Shown here: positions 27,422 to 42,339 of the stretch, piece by piece
Position numbering within the stretch: position 1 is the first letter of the stretch
Layout of the letters: every line of letters begins with the position of its first letter
Origin: Eledone cirrhosa
Lineage: Eukaryota
DNA: 64,000 nucleotides
Direction of reading: 5' to 3'
Assembly: GCA_964016885.1 (NCBI GenBank)
Contig: OZ024743.1
Coordinates: 47,306,001 to 47,370,000, forward strand
The notes under the pieces: generated by a model
Databases searched by the model: none
What the model was told of the DNA's origin: nothing
What the model saw: only the letters and a program-made list of their open reading frames with translations
Program-made: the position numbers and the translations under genes

Positions 27422-27555
27422 TGTGTGTGTGTGTGTCTGTGTATAACGGATAGCTTCATTAAACTTAATATATATATAAACATACATACATACATACATA
27501 CATACATACATACATACATACATACATACATACATACATACATACATACATACAC

Positions 27556-28030
27556 AGATGCCACTAAGGAATACTGGTGGAACCTGAAAATAAAAACTGC
27601 CACCAAATTAAAGCACAACCGGCCTGATATTGTTGTTTGGGACCACACATTGAAAACGTGTTCTGTTGTGGAGATCAGCTGCCCACTTCATGTAAACGTC
27701 AGAAAAATACAGGAGGACATCTACGGACCATTGATGAGGAGTTTACAAATCCAGTATTCAAGATACACCTTTAGCTTCATACCCATCATTATTGGAGCTA
27801 CGGGTTATATACCAACCCGCTTGGACCAAAGTATGACTGAACTTGGATTTGCAGACAAAGAGCGCAGCTCCCTAATTCAGAGTCTACAAATGGCTGCGAT
27901 AGCTGGCACCTCCAAAATTTGCAAAACATTCTTGCGATTCAAGGGATGACAATTTCTTTTCTTTTACAACCTTGCCACCGGGAAGGTGGCCAGTCAAAAA
28001 AATATACTCGAAATTAAGAGATAGAGATAA
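27556..28030 (+). pseudogene. R4/Dong-like LINE 3' end (restriction-like endonuclease) inside (CATA)n
   Basis: EYWWNLKIKT..KLKHNRPDIVVWD...VVEISCP...IPIIIGATG...KICKTFL; open frame to stop at 27949. Confidence 0.8.
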
Positions 28031-28769
28031 CATACACACATACATACATACATACATACATACATACATACATACATACATACATACATACATACATACA
28101 TACATACATACATGATGGTGGCTGCCAACTCGTTTTCGAGTACAGCCACTACTTTATATCCATGTAGGAGAACCCCTACCGATGCGCTGAACGAGTGTGA
28201 CTTTTTAGTCCAGCCAGCGATTTGAAAACTCTGGTACAAACACTACACTTGTGACAATTATTGACACATAGTGTTGGGCCCATGGTACCATGTGACGACA
28301 AGTGCAGAGAGATCTCCAGATATAAAGCAATGCCTGTGCCGTGAAGCTTTTATAGTGCACAAAGCCAGTCCCACTCTCTTAACCAAGATGATATGTACCA
28401 AAAAGAAGAACAAGTCAACATCATTGGATACCATCAGGTTGCAGGTGTTATATCAGAGTTTTCCTTCTCTTAGAATTCTGCCTTGACAAAGGCTAAGGGG
28501 TCATCTCTCCCGGTGATTTTGGATGGCCATTGACTCTTAAGACTCCTTTGACCTTTGACAGGTTTTGTTTTTAGTCCTGCAGGATGTCCAAAGTCACCCT
28601 CCTCACCAAGACACCTTGGTGGGGTTGCCAGTTTAGTCGCCAACGACCCGACCATGAGACAGGTTGTACTGGGATACATGTTACCAGTAGCATCAAATGG
28701 TGACCTGACCATACAAACATACATACATACATACAAACATACATACATGAAATCTGCAGATACTCCACT

Positions 28770-28960
28770 CTGATTACACCTTCAGATTTATGCCTGTGAT
28801 TATTGGGGCACTGCGATATGTTAGTAACTGCCTCAATATAAATCTTGAGAAGCTAGGCTTCACTGGAACAGAAAGAACACAACTAGTTAGGAAACTACAA
28901 GTACAATCCATTAATGGAACAGTAAAAATATGTAAAACATTCCAAACATTTTGCATCTAA
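28770..28960 (+). pseudogene. Second, diverged R4/Dong-like 3' fragment next to (CATA)n
   Basis: DYTFRFMPVIIGAL.YV...LGF...LVRKLQVQSINGTVKICKTF, homologous to the 27556 fragment. Confidence 0.65.
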
Positions 28961-29221
28961 TAACTGCATATACACATGTACAGATACAAAACATATACAC
29001 ATGCACACATACAACTCAAAACATACACATCCACACATACAATAACATCCATATCTACACATGCATACATACATATCTCCCCATTGATGTTGTTTAAATT
29101 CCAATGAGAGAGTCTTTTGTCTATGTTAGAAACCGACTCTCTCTCTATTGGTAAAACTTTGTGAAATTATAAAACCAGAACATACATACATAATACATAC
29201 ATACATACATACATACATACA

Positions 29222-29253
<32 letters not shown>

Positions 29254-29399
29254 CACACACATACATAGACACATACATACACACATACATACATATGCAT
29301 ATGTATAATTTTAGAAAGGCATCCAACCGTAGAAAGCATGCCAAATATGGAATGTAAGAGTGTAGGGAACCGTGACAAACCATACGAACGTGGAAGGCG

Positions 29400-29442
29400 G
29401 ACATGGTGATGATGATGGCGTGGGTGATGGTGATGGTGATGG

Positions 29443-29516
<74 letters not shown>

Positions 29517-29541
29517 ACGGTGGTGGTGATGATGGTGATGG

Positions 29542-29599
<58 letters not shown>

Positions 29600-29678
29600 A
29601 GTGATGATGATGGTGATGATGATGATGACTATGACGACGACGATGATGATGATGATAGTCGACGATGATGATGATGAT
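29400..29678. repeat. (GAT/GGT)n microsatellite
   Basis: Direct reading. Confidence 0.95.
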
Positions 29679-32600
29679 AGTCCACATTCTAACACCTCAA
29701 GTCATCCTAGTCCTCATTCTAACACCTTAAGTCATCCCAGTCGACATTCTAACACCTCAAGTCATCCCAGTCGACATTCTAACACCTCAAGTCATCCTAG
29801 TCGACATTCTAACACCTCAAGTCATCCCAGTCGACATTCTAACACCTCAAGTCATCCCAGTCGATATTCTAACACCTCAAGTCATCCCAGTCGACATTCT
29901 AACACCTCAAGTCATCCTAGTCGACATTCTAACACCTCAAGTCATCCCAGTCGACATTCTAACACCTCAAGTCATCCCAGTCGACATTCTAACACCTCAA
30001 GTCATCCTAGTCGACATTCTAACACCTCAAGTCATCCCAGTCGACATTCTAACACCTCAAGTCATCCCAGTCGACATTCTAACACCTCAAGTCATCCCAG
30101 TCGACATTCTAACACCTCAAGTCATCCTAGTCGACATTCTAACACCTCAAGTCATCCCAGTCGACATTCTAACACCTCAAGTCATCCCAGTCGACATTCT
30201 AACACCTCAAGTCATCCCAGTCGACATTCTAACACCTCAAGTCATCCCAGTCGACATTCTAACACCTCAAGTCATCCCAGTCGACATTCTAACACCTCAA
30301 GTCATCCCAGTCGACATTCTAACACCTCAAGTCATCCCAGTCGACATTCTAACACCTCAAGTCATCCCAGTCGACATTCTAACACCTCAAGTCATCCTAG
30401 TCGACATTCTAACACCTCAAGTCATCCCAGTCGACATTCTAACACCTCAAGTCATCCCAGTCGACATTCTAACACCTCAAGTCATCCTAGTCGACATTCT
30501 AACACCTCAAGTCATCCCAGTCGACATTCTAACACCTCAAGTCATCCTAGTCGACATTCTAACACCTCAAGTCATCCCAGTCGACATTCTAACACCTCAA
30601 GTCATCCTAGTCGACATTCTAACACCTCAAGTCATCCCAGTCGACATTCTAACACCTCAAGTCATCCCAGTCGACATTCTAACACCTCAAGTCATCCCAG
30701 TCCTCATTCTAACACCTCATGTCATCCCAGTCGACATTCTAACACCTCAAGTCATCCCAGTCGACATTCTAACACCTCAAGTCATCCCAGTCGACATTCT
30801 AACACCTCAAGTCATCCCAGTCGACATTCTAACACCTCAAGTCATCCCAGTCGACATTCTAACACCTCAAGTCATCCTAGTCGACATTCTAACACCTCAA
30901 GTCATCCCAGTCGACATTCTAACACCTCAAGTCATCCCAGTCGACATTCTAACACCTCAAGTCATCCTAGTCGACATTCTAACACCTCAAGTCATCCCAG
31001 TCGACATTCTAACACCTCAAGTCATCCTAGTCGACATTCTAACACCTCAAGTCATCCCAGTCGACATTCTAACACCTCAAGTCATCCCAGTCGACATTCT
31101 AACACCTCAAGTCATCCTAGTCGACATTCTAACACCTCAAGTCATCCCAGTCGACATTCTAACACCTCAAGTCATCCCAGTCGACATTCTAACACCTCAA
31201 GTCATCCCAGTCGACATTCTAACACCTCAAGTCATCCTAGTCGACATTCTAACACCTCAAGTCATCCCAGTCGACATTCTAACACCTCAAGTCATCCTAG
31301 TCGACATTCTAACACCTCAAGTCATCCCAGTCGACATTCTAACACCTCAAGTCATCCCAGTCGACATTCTAACACCTCAAGTCATCCCAGTCGACATTCT
31401 AACACCTCAAGTCATCCCAGTCGACATTCTAACACCTCAAGTCATCCCAGTCGACATTCTAACACCTCAAGTCATCCTAGTCGACATTCTAACACCTCAA
31501 GTCATCCCAGTCGACATTCTAACACCTCAAGTCATCCTAGTCGACATTCTAACACCTCAAGTCATCCCAGTCGACATTCTAACACCTCAAGTCATCCCAG
31601 TCGACATTCTAACACCTCAAGTCATCCTAGTCGACATTCTAACACCTCAAGTCATCCTAGTCGACATTCTAACACCTCAAGTCATCCCAGTCGACATTCT
31701 AACACCTCAAGTCATCCCAGTCGATATTCTAACACCTCAAGTCATCCTAGTCGACATTCTAACACCTCAAGTCATCCTAGTCGACATTCTAACACCTCAA
31801 GTCATCCTAGTCGACATTCTAACACCTCAAGTCATCCCAGTCGACATTCTAACACCTCAAGTCATCCTAGTCGACATTCTAACACCTCAAGTCATCCTAG
31901 TCGATATTCTAACACCTCAAGTCATCCTAGTCGACATTCTAACACCTCAAGTCATCCTAGTCGACATTCTAATACTTCAAGTCATCCTAGTCGACATTCT
32001 AACACCTCAAGTCATCCTAGTCGACATTCTAACACCTCAAGTCATCCTAGTCGACAGTCTAATACCTCAAGTCATCCTAGTCGACATTCTAATACCTCAA
32101 GTCAACCTAGTCGACATTCTAATACCTCAAGTCATCCTAGTCCACATTCTAACACCTCAAGTCATCCTAGTCGACATTCTAACACCTCAAGTCATCCTAG
32201 TCGACATTTCTAACACCTCAAGTCATCCTAGTCGACATTCTAACACCTCAAGTCATCCTAGTCGACATTCTAATACCTCAAGTCATCCTAGTCGACATTC
32301 TAACACCTCAAGTCATCCTAATTGACATTCTAACACCTCAAGTCATCCTAGTCGACATTCTAACACCTCAAGTCATCCTAGTCGACATTCTAACACCTCA
32401 AGTCATCCTAGTTGACATTCTAACACCTCAAGTCATCCTAGTCCACATTCTAATACCTCAAGTCATCCTAGTCGACATTCTAATACCTCAAGTCATCCTA
32501 GTCGACGTTCTAATACCTCAAGTCATCCTAGTCGACATTCTAACACCTCAAGTCATCCTAGTCGACATTCTAATACCTCAAGTCATCCTAGTCGACATTC

Positions 32601-35600
32601 TAATACCTCAAGTCATCCTAGTCGACATTCTAACACCTCAAGTCATCCTAGTCGACATTCTAATACCTCAAGTCTTCCTAGTCACCATTCTAACACCTCA
32701 AGTCATCCTAGTCGACATTCTAACACCTCAAGTCATCCTAGTCGAAATTCTAATACTTCAAGTCATCCTAGTTGACATTCTAACACCTCAAGTCATCCTA
32801 GTTGACATTCTAACACCTCAAGTCATCCTAGTCGACATTCTAACACCTCAAGTCATCCTAGTCGACATTCTAACACCTCAAGTCATCCTAGTCGACATTC
32901 TAACACCTCAAGTCATCCTAGTCCACATTCTAACACCTCAAGTCATCCTAATCGACATTCTAATACCTCAAGTCATCCTAGTCGACATTCTAACACCTCA
33001 AGTCATCCTAGTCGACATTCTAACACCTCAAGTCATCCTAGTCCACATTCTAACACCTCAAGTCATCCTAGTCGACACTCTAACACCTCAAGTCATCCGA
33101 GTCGACATTCTAACATCTCAAGTCATCCTAGTTGACATTCTAATACCTCAAGTCATCCTAGTCCACATTCTAACACCTCAAGTCATCCTAGTCCACATTC
33201 TAATACCTCAAGTAATCCGAGTCGACATTCTAACACCTCAAGTCATGCTAGTCGACATTCTAACACCTCAAGTCATCCTAGTTGACATTCTAATCCCTCA
33301 AGTGATTCCTAGTCCTCATTCTAACACTTCAAGTCATCCTAGTTGACATTCTAACACCTCAAGTCATCCCAGTCGACATTCTAACACCTCAAGTCATCCT
33401 AGTCGACATTCTAATACTTCAAGTCATCCTAGTCGACATTCTAATACCTCAAGTCATCCTAGTCGACATTCTAACACCTCAAGTCATCCCAGTCGACATT
33501 CTAATACCTCAAGTCATCCTAGTCGACATTCTAACACCTCAAGTCATCCTAGTCGATATTCTAACACCTCAAGTCATCCTAGTCGACATTCTAATACCTC
33601 AAGTCATCCCAGTTGACATTCTAACACCTCACGTCATCCTAGTCGACATTCTAACACCTCAAGTCATGCTAGTCGACATTCTAACACCTCAAGTCATCTT
33701 AGTCGACATTCTAATACTTCAAGTCATCCTAGTCGACATTCTAATACCTCAAGTCATCCTAGTTGACATTCTAACACCTCAAGTCATCCCAGTCGACATT
33801 CTAACACCTCAAGTCATCCTAGTCGACATTCTAATACTTCAAGTCATCCTAGTCGACATTCTAATACCTCAAGTCATCCTAGTCGACATTCTAACACCTC
33901 AAGTCATCCCAGTCGACATTCTAATACCTCAAGTCATCCCAGTTGACATTCTAACACCTCAAGTCATCCCAGTTGACATTCTAATACCTCAAGTCATCCT
34001 AGTCGACATTCTAATACCTCAAGTCATCCTAGTCCTCATTCTAACACCTCAAGTCATCCTAGTCGACATTCTAACACCTTAAGTCATCCTAGTCCTCATT
34101 CTAATACCTAAAGTCATCCTAGTTGACATTCTAATACCTCAAGTCATCCTAGTCGAGATTCTAACACCTCAAGTCATCCTAGTCGACAGTCTAATACCTC
34201 AAGTCATCCTAGTTGACATTCTAATACCTCAAGTCATCCTAGTCCTCATTCTAACACCTCAAGTCATCCTAGTCGACATTCTAACACCTCAAGTCATCCT
34301 AGTCGACATTCTAATACCTCAAGTCATCCTAGTCGACATTCTAATACCTCAAGTCATCCTAGTCGACATTCTAACACCTCAAGTCATCCTAGTCGACATT
34401 CTAATACCTCAAGTCTTCCTAGTCACCATTCTAACACCTCAAGTCATCCTAGTCGACATTCTAACACCTCAAGTCATCCTAGTCGAAATTCTAATACTTC
34501 AAGTCATCCTAGTTGACATTCTAACACCTCAAGTCATCCTAGTTGACATTCTAACACCTCAAGTCATCCTAGTCGACATTCTAACACCTCAAGTCATCCT
34601 AGTCCACATTCTAACACCTCAAGTCATCCTAGTCGACATTCTAACACCTCAAGTCATCCTAGTCCACATTCTAACACCTCAAGTCATCCTAATCGACATT
34701 CTAATACCTCAAGTCATCCTAGTCGACATTCTAACACCTCAAGTCCTAGTCGACATTCTAACACCTCAAGTCATCCTAGTCCACATTCTAACACCTCAAG
34801 TCATCCGAGTCGACACTCTAACACCTCAAGTCATCCGAGTCGACATTCTAACATCTCAAGTCATCCTAGTTGACATTCTAATACCTCAAGTCATCCTAGT
34901 CCACATTCTAACACCTCAAGTCATCCTAGTCCACATTCTAACACCTCAAGTCATCCCAGTTGACATTCTAATCCCTCAAGTGATTCCTAGTCCTCATTCT
35001 AACACCTCAAGTCATCCTAGTCGACATTCTAATACCTCAAGTCATCCTAGTCGACATTCTAACACCTCAAGTCATCCCAGTTGACATTCTAATCCCTCAA
35101 GTGATTCCTAGTCCTCATTCTAACACCTCAAGTCATCCTAGTCGACATTCTAACACCTCAAGTCATCCCAGTTGACATTCTAATACCTCAAGTCATCCTA
35201 GTCGACATTCTAACACCTCAAGTCATCCCAGTTGACATTCTAATACCTCAAGTCATCCTAGTCGACATTCTAATACCTCAAGTCATCCCAGTTGACATTC
35301 TAATACCTCAAGTCATCCCAGTTGACATTCTAATACCTCAAGTCATCCTAGTCGACATTCTAATACCTCAAGTCATCCTAGTCCTCATTCTAACACCTCA
35401 AGTCATCCTAGTCGACATTCTAACACCTTAAGTCATCCTAGTCCTCATTCTAATACCTAAAGTCATCCTAGTTGACATTCTAATACCTCAAGTCATCCTA
35501 GTCGAGATTCTAACACCTCAAGTCATCCTAGTCGACAGTCTAATACCTCAAGTCATCCTAGTTGACATTCTAATACCTCAAGTCATCCTAGTCCTCATTC

Positions 35601-35817
35601 TAACACCTCAAGTCATCCTAGCTGACATTCTAATACCTCAAGTCATCCTAGTCCACATTCTAACACCTTAAGTCATCCTAGTTGACATTCTAATACCTCA
35701 AGTCTTCCTAGTCCTCATTCTAACACCTTAAGTCATCCCAGTTGACATTCTAATACCTCATGTCATCCTAGTCCACCTTCTAACACCTTAAGTCATCCTA
35801 GTTGACATTGTAACACT
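29677..35817. repeat. 30-bp satellite, ~205 copies
   Basis: agtcgacattctaacacctcaagtcatccy; homogeneous on the left, diverged on the right. Confidence 0.98.
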
Positions 35818-36274
35818 TTTTCAAACGTCTGTGTTTTATTTTTTGTTTACTTGATATAATAAATTATTTTAAAGCTTATTTTTTTTATATTTGGACTTCG
35901 TTTGAATATATAAAATGTAATTTGAATATATAAAATGTAATTTGAATATATAAAATGGAATTTGAATATATAAAATGGAATTTGAATATATAAAATGGAA
36001 TTTGAATATATAAAATTTAGCGTAAAATTTTTCTAACGTGATAGGGTCCGGGAAAGGCACCATAAGCGATACTATCTTGCTCCTTTAAGAACCAACAAAT
36101 GTTGGTTTGTCCCCCCTCACATTTTTAAGGCAAACGAGGCCCCTGCCTTCTGGCTCTCTACTCACTGAGTCCAGATCTCGCCCAGGTCAACTTTCTCTTT
36201 CATCTTTTCGAAGTCAATAAAAAGAGTACCAGTCTTCCTCTTCTTCTCCTTCTTTTTCTTCTTCTTTTTCTACT

Positions 36275-36310
<36 letters not shown>

Positions 36311-36586
36311 CTCTCTTGCTCTCTCTCTCTCTCTCTTGCTCTCTCTCTCTCCCTCTCTCTCTATCTCTCTCTCTCTATCTCTCTCTCTCTATCTCTATCT
36401 CTCTCTCTATTTATCTCTCTCTCTCTGGCATTCTCCCTCTCTTGCCCTCTCTCTCTCTCGCTCTCTCCCTCTCTTGCTCCTCCCTCTCTCTATATATCTA
36501 TCTATCTCTCTATCTCTCTATCTATCTCTCATTCTATCTCTCTTGCTCTCTCTCCCTCTCTTGCTCCCCCTTCTCTCTCTGTCTCC

Positions 36587-36618
<32 letters not shown>

Positions 36619-37020
36619 GTCTCTCTCTCTCTGCAAGAAAATGGCTGTATTCTGACCTGGAGAGGAGATTTGCTCGAGGAGGGCTGTATGTCACTACTGT
36701 GCCCCTACGAATCCATCAGGAGTTACAGCTACAAACATACCTTACACGTAAACCGACATCAAACTACAAATTTGTTTGTTCTGTACAAGAAAATAAACAA
36801 AAGCCAAACACCGTGTATAAGTAACACCGGTTGATAAGTCGCATTTCCAATTCATATACAACACTCGTCGGTCAGGACTTCATTTGAATTGAGGTTTTAT
36901 GGGTCGTCATATAAGTCGCATGCAGGCTTTTATGTCGTGTTTTTGTAGAAAGAAGAAAGGTGTGTCATATTCACACACACACACACGCACGCACACACAA
37001 ACACATACATATATACATAC

Positions 37021-37104
<84 letters not shown>

Positions 37105-37177
37105 AGGAAGCTCCAACCGTTAAGGTTGTCTTTTTTTTTTTCCGTGTATGTCAATATTTATTTATAAAACAAACCTG

Positions 37178-37243
37178 TATTTTATTTGATGAAAGCGCAC
37201 CATAATTTGCCTTGGTTTCCCTTGAAATATGTATAATAAAATA
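37178..37243 (+). ncRNA. Hammerhead motif with TTGATGA core in solo pLTR-like island 37103-37378
   Basis: TATTTTAT-TTGATGA-...-GAAA-TATGTA-TA-ATAAAATA; downstream sequence homologous to PLE pLTR 50685-50815. Confidence 0.55.
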
Positions 37244-37374
37244 AGTATGGTTTTATAAATATAGTTTCCATTTATTAATATATTTTGTATTTACTCCACT
37301 AATCTGTTGAGTGCTTTATATCAGTTATAAAAATGTTTAAGCTTGTTGAATCCCAACAAATTAAATATAACCTC

Positions 37375-37420
<46 letters not shown>

Positions 37421-37461
37421 GGAAAACGAAGAATCAGTGATGCATTGGAACACAATTTATT

Positions 37462-37554
37462 ACGTATTACAATTGTTTCTCCGGCGAACAGCTCGAGGTG
37501 CGATCTGTTTGTGGATCGAACCTGACTCTGGATACGCAAGTTCCTCAGATACGT
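37462..37554 (-). ncRNA. Type I hammerhead with ~60-nt stem II insertion, intact CTGAGGA core
   Basis: ACGTAT-CTGAGGA-ACTTGCG...CGCCGGA-GAAA-CAATTG-TA-ATACGT. Confidence 0.7.
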
Positions 37555-37573
37555 CTAGTGATTTCGAAGCAAT

Positions 37574-37695
<122 letters not shown>

Positions 37696-38080
37696 CAGAA
37701 GAGATTGTTTTGGTTAAAACAGGAGTAAGCAGGAGAAAGCTCTCAACAATCGTAGTTTTTAGTAACGATGGAGAATTTTATATGATATGTCTGCTGGGCA
37801 CACAAGCAATAGGACGTGTGTGTTTTCCTTCCAGCGACATATCAAATATATCGTTATCATCTGAGGATACCGTTCTTGTAACAACAACAAATGCATCTCG
37901 ATTGCATGGAGAACCGTGGAAATAATTATAATGATTAAACGATTTATGTAACCTCAGCATCTTATTTTGTTATATATATATATATAGAAAAAAAGATGAA
38001 ATCGATTTCATCTTTTTTCTTTATACTTTCACTCGTGTAGGACACCTCGGTTATTTTTCATTTTGTTAAAAAAACCTCAC

Positions 38081-38157
<77 letters not shown>

Positions 38158-38188
38158 ATTACGAGAAATTTATTGCAACCATACAACT

Positions 38189-38317
<129 letters not shown>

Positions 38318-38383
38318 CCAGGAAAAACTTGAACCGTTAATATCTTCTCCCTGGATATGTCAATATTTATAAAACAAACTTTG

Positions 38384-38444
38384 TATTTTATCTGATGAGA
38401 GCGTACCAAAGTTTTGGTACCCTTGAAATATATGTAATAGAATA
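38384..38444 (+). ncRNA. Type I hammerhead, canonical core, in solo pLTR-like island 38317-38583
   Basis: TATTTTAT-CTGATGA-GAGC-GTACCAAA-gt-TTTGGTAC-CCTT-GAAA-TATATG-TA-ATAGAATA. Confidence 0.75.
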
Positions 38445-38827
38445 AATATGGTTTTATAAATAGAGTTTCCATTTATTAATATCATTGATATTATACTCCA
38501 GAAAACTTGTCGAGTGCTTCAAATCAGTTATAAACATATATATATTTGTTGAATTACCAATAAATTAAATATCCCTTCTGCTTATATATATATATACACA
38601 CACACACATACACATACACACACATATATATGCATACATATATATATATATGTGCGTGTGTGTGTGTGTGTGCTTGTGTAAGCATCACTACGGTTTAATG
38701 TACTTCTGGTTTTGATATCTCAACTTTCGCAATAATACATATGGTTCAGGTTCATATAGTTGTAGAACTGACATTCTGCTCCTGTAGAAAATATATATGA
38801 CATAATTCTAATTGATATTATTCATTA

Positions 38828-38952
38828 AATCGACACCAGTGCATTACTGGTACTTTATTTTATCGACCCCGTAAGAATGAGAGGTTAGCTTTGCCTTTCA
38901 TCCTTACGTGATCGATAAAATAAAGTACCAGTAATGCACTGGTGTCGATTTA
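38828..38952. repeat. Two SINE 3' halves fused in inverted orientation (hairpin)
   Basis: aatcgacaccagtgcattactggtactttattttatcga ... tcgataaaataaagtaccagtaatgcactggtgtcgatt. Confidence 0.8.
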
Positions 38953-39187
38953 ATCGACTTTCCCATTCCCCAAAATTCATTAACAATATGGAACTGGAAT
39001 TTATGATGAAACAATTTCCAAGTTTACGTTTAGTCAACTACAAACACAGATCGAAGGTAGTCAACTACAAACACAGATCGAAGGTAGTCAACTACAAACA
39101 CAGATCGAAGGTAGTCGGTAATAATTTCGTTATAACAGAACTCATTTTAAGAGCAAGGGTATTTCGGAAAAAAACATACAAACATAT

Positions 39188-39270
<83 letters not shown>

Positions 39271-39342
39271 TGTTTCTTTATTAGCCACATGAGCACAAAA
39301 GAAGGGGACAAATACAAAGGGGGAAGATAGATAGTTAGATAT

Positions 39343-39514
<172 letters not shown>

Positions 39515-39534
39515 TTTGAAGGAAAGCACCTTAC

Positions 39535-39634
39535 CTTTACTTTTTTCATCAGAACATGTTGAGTAACTGATGTGAAATATCAAAAGTAAAACCACCGTTC
39601 TTATTGAAAACACCGATGTTGTATAACGCGCCAT
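39535..39634 (-). CDS. Candidate first coding exon encoding a signal-peptide-like N-terminus
   Basis: ATG..MARYTTSVFSIRTVVLLLIFHISYSTCSDEKSK-G|gtaagg; 100 nt, phase-1 strong donor. Confidence 0.4.
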
Positions 39635-40082
39635 ATATAGTATATATATATATATATATATATATATGATATATATATATATATATATATGATATATATA
39701 TATATATATACAATATATATATATATTATATATCGTTGAATTGATGTTATATAGCCACAGGAATGTAAAAGAAAAAAAATATACACACACACTAAGTAAA
39801 AACGTGTGTTTGTTGTATTAGCAGTGGACGATGGCAAGTCAAGACACTGACTCTTGTGAAATTCGATAGTATATCCATTCTGTAAAAACAAACATTTCTA
39901 TAAGAATATAGTGTATGTATATGTGTGTATTTGTTTATGTATGTCTGTATGTATTTATGTATGTATGTATGTATATTACACGTGTTTTAGTAAAAATACA
40001 ATGTATGAACATGCGTATGTGCGTGGTAATTATATATATATGAGTGTGTGAGTGTGTGTGTGTATATATATATGTGTGTGTG

Positions 40083-40135
<53 letters not shown>

Positions 40136-40847
40136 GGGTATTAAATATTTGATAAAGCGAACTGAACGAACACTTCAACTTGTACGATTTTTCTGCGTAT
40201 GTTCCGTGGTTCTTGGTTTACTTATAAATAATTGGAACGCTACTGATGTTGCTGTTATTGTAGTTGCTGTTGTCATTGTTGTTATTGCTGTTGTTGTTGA
40301 TGTTATTGTGTTTCTAACTTAATATATATAAATAAACAAGCGTATGTACTACATATATACATACATGTATACATCTGTGCGCATGCATATATACATATGT
40401 TTATATATGTGTGTGCATGTGTGTATGTGTGTATGTGTGTGTAGGTGTTGTGTATGAGTGGTGTGTGTGTGTGTGTGTGTAGGTGTCAGTATGTGTGTAT
40501 ATTCTCCAGTATATTCCCCAGACTTTGTATTAACTCCAGTACAAGAAACACTTTCATAACGCCGCTCAGTAATCCGGGAGGCCGACTTTTTTAATTTATT
40601 AATAACTATCACTCGCTTTCTCCTTTCCTCGTTCCCTTCCTCTCATTCTCTCATTCTCTCATTCTCTCATTCCTCCACTCACACACTTCCTCACACACTA
40701 CCTCTCACCCTCTCTTACTCTCTCTCACTCTCTCTCTATAAATATATATATTTTCCTCTCTCTTTCTGTTCCTTATGCTATTTCCACTGGGTCGGCCTGT
40801 CTATCTTTCTCTCACATCCCGCCTTAATGAAGTTGTTCTCTCCCTCT

Positions 40848-40923
<76 letters not shown>

Positions 40924-41059
40924 ATACACACACAAACGAATACACACACATATATATATATATGTGTCTGTGCGTGCGTGTGCTCGCGTGCGTGTGTATC
41001 AGTGTCTGCTAGCTATGTTTGTAGGTATGCCTGTCTTCATATGTCTATATATATATGTT

Positions 41060-41100
<41 letters not shown>

Positions 41101-41448
41101 AACCGAAGTATATATTCTACCTCCCTCTTCTCCAGAGACCCTTCCCCCTTCTATATTACTAGTTTCCTCGGTCTCATTCTCTCTCTAGTCTTTCTTCCTC
41201 ACTTTTCAAATCCACCATCTCCAGATTCCGCCCTCTTTCTCTTCTCCCTCCCTCTCCCTCCTCTCTCTCTCTCTCTCTTTCTCTCCCTTTCTATCTCTCT
41301 ATCTAATGTTACCCCCCCCCCCCCAATGGGGATTTCAATTGTTTTACTTTTATATAGTTTATTGTTATCTATCATTGTTAAAGATTTTATGTAAAACCCC
41401 CGCCGTCACGTCTTGTAATCTCCCATTTTTGTGGCAAATAAAGAAAGA

Positions 41449-41502
<54 letters not shown>

Positions 41503-41921
41503 CCCCCCCCCCTCACTCCCCGTTTCCTATCCATTAACTCTTCTCCAGTCCGTCACATATATCTTATCATCTAAAATACCCTACCTTTTTCTCACGGTCG
41601 TCTTCTCCGTGTCTGATTTAATTACGTGTGGGTATGTTCATGCACATGTGGGTATATGTTTGTACATTTATGTGTGTGTATGTGTTGTGTCTATAGCTGT
41701 GTGTATGTTTACGTGTGTATATGTACATACACACACGCACAAAAACACACACACACGCACAAAAACACACACACACACACACACACACATATATTGATGT
41801 AAATATGCATGTATGTATGTATGCCGGTATATATATAAGTTTATCCCAGGTTCAATCGGGGGTAACCACAGTAAGTAAGGTACTCAATACAAAGCAGAGT
41901 ATAAATATTTAATATAGAAAA

Positions 41922-41970
41922 GCTTCTACAGGACTAAAACTGTTTCATTCCGGAGAAATCATCAGGAAGC
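41922..41970 (-). ncRNA. Type I hammerhead, canonical core, full stem III
   Basis: GCTTC-CTGATGA-TTTC-TCCG-GAAT-GAAA-CAG-ttttagtc-CTG-TA-GAAGC. Confidence 0.8.
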
Positions 41971-42099
41971 CGATTCCAGAGTCGAGCCGGATCACTACCG
42001 ATCATACTCTTAGCTGATCGATTGCGAAACTCGCGTCAGGATTGAATAAATATATTGATGTATTGATATTGTATTGATGCTTCGTGCTTACTATTGTTT

Positions 42100-42312
42100 G
42101 GTTTGGCAGAATCGGTAGAGCGTCAGATACCATGCTGTGCAGCATAGAGTTATGGCCATTTACGTTCTGAGTTCAAATCGCGCTGAGATTAACTTTACCT
42201 TTCACCCTTACGGGGTCGATAAAATAAAGTACCAGTCTGGCACTGGGGTCGATTTAATCGACTTTCCCCTCCTCTTCAAATTGCTGGCCTTGTGCCTAAA
42301 GTAGAAACAATT
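42100..42312 (+). mobile_element. SINE family A copy
   Basis: A/B boxes, central domain, aaagtagaaacaatt tail. Confidence 0.9.
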
Positions 42313-42339
42313 ATTATTATTATTATCCTTTGATATCTG

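Noticed and set aside
29403-32213. 936-aa Met/His/Ser-rich ORF
   Set aside because: Read-through of (GAT)n plus the 30-bp satellite; the frame is lost at random indels
36640-36800. Exon-like segment after a strong minus-strand acceptor
   Set aside because: All three frames hit stops within ~40 nt of the acceptor
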